A stretch of DNA of 64,000 nt from contig OZ024741.1 in the NCBI GenBank assembly GCA_964016885.1, positions 163,122,001 to 163,186,000 on the forward strand. The letters run 5' to 3'. The stretch comes from Eledone cirrhosa (taxonomy: Eukaryota). Both the position numbers and the translations under genes were made by a program. Each line of letters starts with the position of its first letter. Position 1 is the stretch's first letter. Shown piece after piece: positions 57,541 through 64,000 of the stretch. The notes beneath the pieces are model-generated. The model saw nothing but the letters and a program-made list of their open reading frames with translations. It was not told where the DNA came from and searched no databases.

Positions 57541-58412
57541 TGCTAACCTCAGTCTCCTCTGTGTCACTTTTGAGCTGACTTTTGGGAGGCTCCCATACAG
57601 CTCTCAGATTAATGTTCAGAGCCATCCTCAGCATTCTCGTGTAGCACCCATACACCATCTGAGTGAGTTTCTTGATCAGTGTCCAAGTCTCAGACCCGTA
57701 CAGCAGCACAGACTCCACTACAGCAATGAAGGGGCGGATTTTCAGGTCTTTAAGAAGGTCTGACTTCCACACCGATCTCAAGCTGTGGAAGGCCGCCCAG
57801 GCTTTGCCCTTCCTCTCAACCACATCATCTTCCGTATTCCCAATCTTTGCTCCCAAATACAGGAAGTCCTAAACCAATTCTAGCGGCTTCCCGTCTACAT
57901 TAGTAATCCCCTCTGGCTTCTCTACCAGATATTTTGTTTTAGTCTCATTCATTCTCAGCCCCACACTCATCGACACAGTCTCAACCTCCTGCATCAAATC
58001 TTCTGCCTCCTTCACTGTATTTGCCACCAAAACTATATCGTCGACAAATTCAGTATCCGATAACTTTTTCGCCTTAACTCTCCTGCTCTGAGCCGGTGCT
58101 TCAGTAAAGCCAGAGTCCTGATGTTTCTCCAGTGCAAGGCGCATACAATAGTCCACTACGATGATAAAAAGGTGGGGAGCCAATGTATCTCCCTGGAGCA
58201 CTCCAGCCAGTATCTCAAAGAACTTTGCATCCCATCAGGTGTAATAACATGGACACACTGGAAGGGGAAGACCAAGGTTAACGTATGTTGATGCCCTAAG
58301 GACAGACACTGGTCTGTTGGAGACGCAGGACATGGCAGCGATGAAGTGGGACAGAGACCGCTGGAGAGAACTCGTCCATGGATCTCGGGAATTTTACCTG
58401 CCCTAGATAGAT
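57541..58412. mobile_element. RTE-type LINE 3' fragment with 5' inversion
   Basis: Minus 57541-58248: [41 protein letters not shown]. Plus ~58248-58405: GRGRPRLTYVDALRTDTG..DRDRWRELV*, then a TAGA tail. Confidence 0.85.
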
Positions 58413-58740
58413 ATATTTATTTATTATACTTTACTTACGGGTGGACATACTGCCAATACGAATACACGCACCAAGTGAATTTCACTTCAGTTTATTATTA
58501 ACTAACTAATCCATTCTTCAGTTGGTTTCATAAGCTGGTGGTTGCTTAATTGTTAATTGTCAGGGCTCTTGCATCACACATCCTGTAATATTCTAATGAT
58601 TATACCTACTCCTCAGTGTCTTGTCTTTTTGTGGTGTGTATATTGTCTGCGCAAGAGTGTTTTTGTGTGCTGCTACATTCACAAGCTTTTTTATTCTCTC
58701 TCTCACTGTACCGATTGTGTTGTTATTTCTGTTTACCTTT

Positions 58741-58776
<36 letters not shown>

Positions 58777-59674
58777 CAGACAGCTATTGTGTGATCATTT
58801 CAACGTGTGATATGTCCCTGGTGGGTTTTGATGTTACTCCTCCAACGCCAGGCTGACATATAGATTCAGTATAAGACTCTCTATTTAACATCACTTTGTG
58901 TGGTGCATTCATTTAAACTTGTTGGTTGAATTTTACTCATGGTTATGATCATGGCTAAACGTTGATTTAATCCTATGAAGTAGATGTTTCCGAGATAATG
59001 CGTATCGGTGTGTATGTCGGCAGTTGAAAGAATGGCCAGTAATTATAAATTTGTCATGCATACAGAAAAAGACAACAGCATTGGAAAAGACTGTAAATGC
59101 CATAAATGAGAGGAAGGGGGGGGGGGGGGGGTAAAGAGCAAGGGAAGAAGGAAAGCGCTAGGGAGAGGCTGATAGACTCTACACCTAGGTCAGAGCGATG
59201 TTTCGGCTGCGTCCCTCGGAAAACATGGCAAAGGCATTTCCACGCACAATGCCACAACACACCCGCTGCAAATGCCACAACACCTCAGAGGGGCTGCTGC
59301 AGTTCCAATTTTACGTAGGATCTGTTCGGAGTCCGAGGAAACATGAGGTTTCGAGTACTATCGGTGTAAAGTGGAAGTGGCCGGGCATGTCTCACTATTT
59401 ACTTGTCTTCTTTTCCTCTGCATTGTGGGCCGTGCTACCCGTGTTTGTGGCCGAAACGATTACGTTCGAGGCGGAAAACGTGTAACAGCTTGTCGCATCT
59501 CAGATAACAGATTAACCTCCTTCGAAGTGGATAGGTATTTGTATTTGTAAGGTTTCGCTGTTCGTGTGGGGTGGTCTGACAATAAAGCCAGGAGTAAAAC
59601 TAACACTTGTCTCAAATTATAAATGAAGTTGACTACTCTAGATAGATACAATTTAAACAGTTTGATCTTTGAAC

Positions 59675-59727
<53 letters not shown>

Positions 59728-59773
59728 TGAGATTCTACAGGACTAGAACTGTTTCATTCATTTGAAATCATCA

Positions 59774-59826
59774 GGGATTCCTGATGATTTCAAATGAATG
59801 AAACAGTTCTAGTCCTGTAGAATCTC
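59774..59826 (+). ncRNA. Type I hammerhead ribozyme (family A)
   Basis: gggattc CTGATGA tttc-aaat-gaat GAAA cag-ttctagtc-ctg TA gaatctc; predicted cleavage after 59819; an inverted second core lies at ~59729-59775. Confidence 0.82.
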
Positions 59827-59907
59827 ATCTATATTAAAACTGTTATACTCTGCTATGTATTGAGTACCTTATTTACTGTGGTTACCTCCGATTCAACCCG
59901 GAATAAC

Positions 59908-59948
<41 letters not shown>

Positions 59949-60033
59949 GAAAAATTGAACAGGGACAGAACAGAGAGGCAGTACGATAAATGTTTATTAA
60001 ATTCACGCTCAGGAGAGTGGGGGGTAGGTGGTG

Positions 60034-60064
60034 GACGACGTTTCGGGCATAAGCCCTTCTTCAG
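60034..60064 (-). ncRNA. Hammerhead catalytic core lacking stem I
   Basis: Minus strand: CTGAAGA a-gggc-ttat-gccc GAAA cg-t-cg TC; the flanks do not pair. A 3' half of the same family is at ~33469-33520 (+). Confidence 0.5.
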
Positions 60065-61899
60065 GTGAGAGTTCAAAAGGTGTGTAGGGGAGTGGTGGAG
60101 AGACATATAGCGAAAGGAAACGGTGCGAATGAAAAATTAACAAATAAAGACAAAAATATAATAAATAATAAATAAAAATAAAGCATGATCAAAATACAAG
60201 GAATGAGAAAGTTTAAAAATAAAGGCATGATCAAAATAAACTGAAATTAAAAGGGGGGGTAAACAGGTGGTGGAAGGGTGTGGGGTGAGTAGAGGTGGTG
60301 GCGGGTGGAGTGGGAAGAGGGAGACGGGGTGTCCGAGCGGGGAGGGCTGAAGGTGGTGTGTGTGGTTAGGTGTGCGTGTGTGTGTGTGTGTGTGTATGTG
60401 AAAGTGAGGGTTGGGGGAAGAACGGGGTTGCATGTTCAGGATAACTATGTGTGTGTGTGTGTGTGTGTGTGTGTCTCTCTCTCTGTTTGTGCGTGTGTAG
60501 ATATACTGAAGATCGCCACCCTACTACCCTATTATGTCGTTCGCCACGTGGTCCTAGCCGACAGGATGGAGACGACATTGATCTGGAAAACAGCAAGGAA
60601 GATGCGCTGGAACAGCCACTCTATCTCGCGGGGCTCGAACATGCAGGCAGCCAACTCCACTCTTCTATTAGTGAGTAGAGATGTGGTTCGGGGGCTAAGA
60701 ACACCTGTTCTACTATTGTGGCTGCTAATACAAAATATTAGCCATACTTTTGTTTCATGTGTTAAAAAATGTCCTATGAAAAGGGTTATGTAGTAGTAAT
60801 AGTAATAGCAATAATAATAATAGTTGTAGTAGTGGATGTTGTAGTAGCAATCGCAATGATGACCTCAGTAGTTGTTCATAAATATAGTGATAACAATAAA
60901 AATAAAGGTAAAAATAAGTAAGGATGTAACTAAAGACGAAAATGTTGTTACATATATGCATGTGTGTGACAACAGAAGTCTTAGGAGAAGAACCCACACC
61001 CCTCAAGCGAGTGTTTCGGTCCTTAACTTCTTATACTCTAAGGGAACCGGACCTCGTCCAGGTCAAGACTCCTGGGTGCCCTTCTGCTGACATTTAGCCA
61101 TTCGGATATCGGAGACTTGTTGTGTATTTGAAACATGGAAAGTTTGTTGACAGGGTCTAGCTGTCCATTGCTTCTGCGTTCAAACGCTTTCTTGAGTTGA
61201 AAAATATCGTTGGTAGTCATGGGACCGAAGAGACCTCAAGAGTATCACCGGCGCCGTTACCAACACTACAAACCACGACTCACTCACAGTTACTTCCTTT
61301 AGCGTGCGTTAAAATAGAATACTATGTCTCTCACGATTAGATCCAGCTGGAACTCCTTTCCGCTGCCTCTGATTTTGCCTTTAGGTCGCTGGTCGTCGTC
61401 TTGCCAGAGACTGAAAGTTGTTTCATGAGGCTGTAGGCAGGTTTGCCCACAAAGACCCTGGCTTATGGAGATGAGGGTGTTATCAAATAAAAATACGTAT
61501 ATATTAGTATTCTTAATCTGCACAGTGTGGATATACTGATATTCTAGGATTATATGTTTATATGAGTAGAAAAGAAGTAACATGTATGAGATTAACACGG
61601 TTTGCTGAACATTGCCAGTCGTTACCATCGTTAGTAGAGTGTGTATAGTAACTTTTGTTAAGTAGGTGTCATTAGCAATTTATGATTCTTATCCAATTCC
61701 TAGTGTACATTCTAGTGTAGCTTAGGCTGTTTAGTTAAGCTTATCATGATATGGTATACTGTCGTTTATATCCGTGTGGATAATTGCTGTAGAGTAACCC
61801 CGGAAGGAGGAGGGTTATCTCTCACTGCCGCTACATAAATTTACCTTACATATCGCTTGAGAAAGGTTCCTGATGTTAGCTCCAGAGAATCCCCAAAGA

Positions 61900-62240
61900 A
61901 GTCTGCTCTTTCGTTAACCAGCTGTGATCCACGTTTATGAATTTGAAGAGCTTCATTTAGACAGTTTATAGACAGAGGATCCAACACGGTCGGGAGACAC
62001 TTCGTGGACCTTAGAACATTCCAGTGAATTCTGTGCTTTATCTAACTTGAGCCCTCAGATCAGCTCAGAAAGGACTGTGCTTTTATGCTTCTCTTCTCTC
62101 TTGGCGGTGTGGCAGTGATTATACCAGCAGTCATTAATGGTGCTCGATGTTGCCCTGACATAGATATATGTCGAGTTGTGGGTGGTAACGTTCCATTGAT
62201 ATACGCAGTCATTCGTTATCTAGTGGTCACGAAGTAGGTT
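61900..62240 (-). pseudogene. Degenerate Penelope-like GIY-YIG endonuclease
   Basis: Manual translation gives NDCVYQWNVTTHNSTYIYVRATSSTINDCWYNHCHTAKREEKHKSTVLSELI*GLK, colinear with the 15123-15533 domain; in-frame stops present. Confidence 0.75.
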
Positions 62241-62363
62241 CCTGCAGCTGCATTGCCTGATCTGTACTTTAGCAAATCTAATAGGCTGGCCTTAGTTGGG
62301 CCTGTATTGCACGGCCCCGGATTCATATTCATAAATATGTTCATGTATATATATACATTTATA

Positions 62364-62400
<37 letters not shown>

Positions 62401-64000
62401 GCAAGTTTGAAGAATTATTAGATAAAATATATACAGTATTTCCTCTTCCTAGTCCGTAGAAATCAGCCACATAAATAATCATTTAAACGAGGATATAAGT
62501 TTAAAATGTAACTATGAAGATTTCTGCGAGGGACAGCCAGATAAAATTTACCTAGTCATTCCTTTTATCCCGTAGAAATTGACGAGACAAATAATCAACT
62601 ACACGGAGTTAGGTTTAAAATAGAAGTTAGAAGAAAAAAATGCATATAAACTTTACCAAAATTCCTCTAGTCCCGACTGCCAGCAGTTCGTTCCCTTTTT
62701 GCGGATATATCCGATCCTGGATCTATCCACGAGGCTTGGAACTTATCAAGAGACACATTGAGCCTGGACTAAAAATTCTACCGTGATCCCCGCCAAAAAT
62801 GTCTAAGAATTATCACGTGGCTAGCGGTCAAGGCAGAAAGTTGTGATTGGTTGCCAGGCGGGGAGTAGGCTATATATATATAAATCAGGATGGATTCAGT
62901 TAGAAACTGGTTAGACGATTCCCTTGGACAACATCAATGATGTGGAGAGAGGAGACTGGTATGAGTGACTACTGGTCTTCCATAAACAACATTGCCCAGA
63001 CTTGTGCTTCAGAGGGAAACTTTCTAGCTACAAATTCTATGGTTATTCGTGACCGAAGGAGCTCTTTATATATATACTAGCTGAGCTACCCAGCTTCGCC
63101 AAGGTTACGGCAGAAGAGAAAACATTTGTATTGAATGGATTGTCTTGTTTACAGTGTGTGTGCGTGTGTGTGTGTGTTTATGTATATACATATATATGTG
63201 CGTGTGTGTGTGTGTGTGTATAGATATATGTGTGTGTGTGTGTATATATATATATGTGTCTGTGTGTGTGTGCTTGTGTGACTGTGTGGGTGTTCGTGTG
63301 TGTGCGTGTGTGTGTGTAGACCACCGTTGGAATCGGAGACATAGGCCGCGAAACACGATCATCACTGACAACGAACTCGCAGAAAGAATCCCTTATGGTT
63401 GATTCCCAGCCTGCTAGATATAGCAGTCAGGTTGGTTAGCATATGTGGTATGTCTTTCTTCTTAGGTGTTATAAAATTAGTATCAATAAACTTTCCTGGA
63501 TATACTCTTATCCCAATCTTGTACATACTTTCCGATTATCACTTTTCGTTTTTTTCGTGTGATACGCGAAGGAACCAACCAACACACATTTCTCTTTTAT
63601 ATCTCTTTTATTTGTTCATTCAAAATATTTTTCAGCTAATTCTGTCATACAATATACATCAGCAATCGTAACCTAATGTTTAAAACAAATGATTAGCTGC
63701 AATATATGCACCATATCAATCAAACACGATATGAGAATTGAATACCATACTAAAGCGCCAGTAAGCTTGCTAAGAACTTGCAGATAGAAATGTTAATAAA
63801 TACAACATTTGGCTTGGGTAAAATTTAAGATGTTCTTTCATTGTAGGTTTCTTTTCTCAGCCAGTACGTTAAAGAAAATTAATTGTTACAACAATAAATG
63901 TTGAACAGGGAACACATTTTTTAACAAACTTTACAATCATTTGTATAATCATAATGGAAATTCCAAGTAACAGAAAATACATAAATTACATTGTTAGAGC

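Overview
AT-rich, microsatellite-dense animal genomic DNA, most likely a cephalopod and probably an octopod (inferred from the SINE types and the peptide family). The only well-supported host coding sequence is the large terminal exon (4093-5928, minus) of a neuropeptide precursor. It encodes 33 KR-flanked copies of xFD(S/T)LGG(A/G)FMP(G/D)G, an FCAP/FLGamide/pedal-peptide-orcokinin-like motif. The remaining ~58 kb looks intronic or upstream and is filled with tRNA-derived SINEs, RTE and R4/Dong-like LINE fragments, a Tc1/mariner foldback, and Penelope-like element (PLE) remnants. Nearly all other ORFs in the track are microsatellite translation artefacts. The main non-obvious signal is a set of short elements bounded by (TA)n tracts. 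Many are head-to-head palindromes and carry minimal type I hammerhead ribozymes (about ten with a recognisable core and stem I, folded by eye, plus several degenerate ones). Otherwise unrelated families share one layout: hammerhead, then AATAAA-like, then GAGTRC, then (TA)n. One locus (19108-19915) is a ~323-bp tandem unit with one hammerhead per monomer, the layout of a retrozyme / circular-RNA template.
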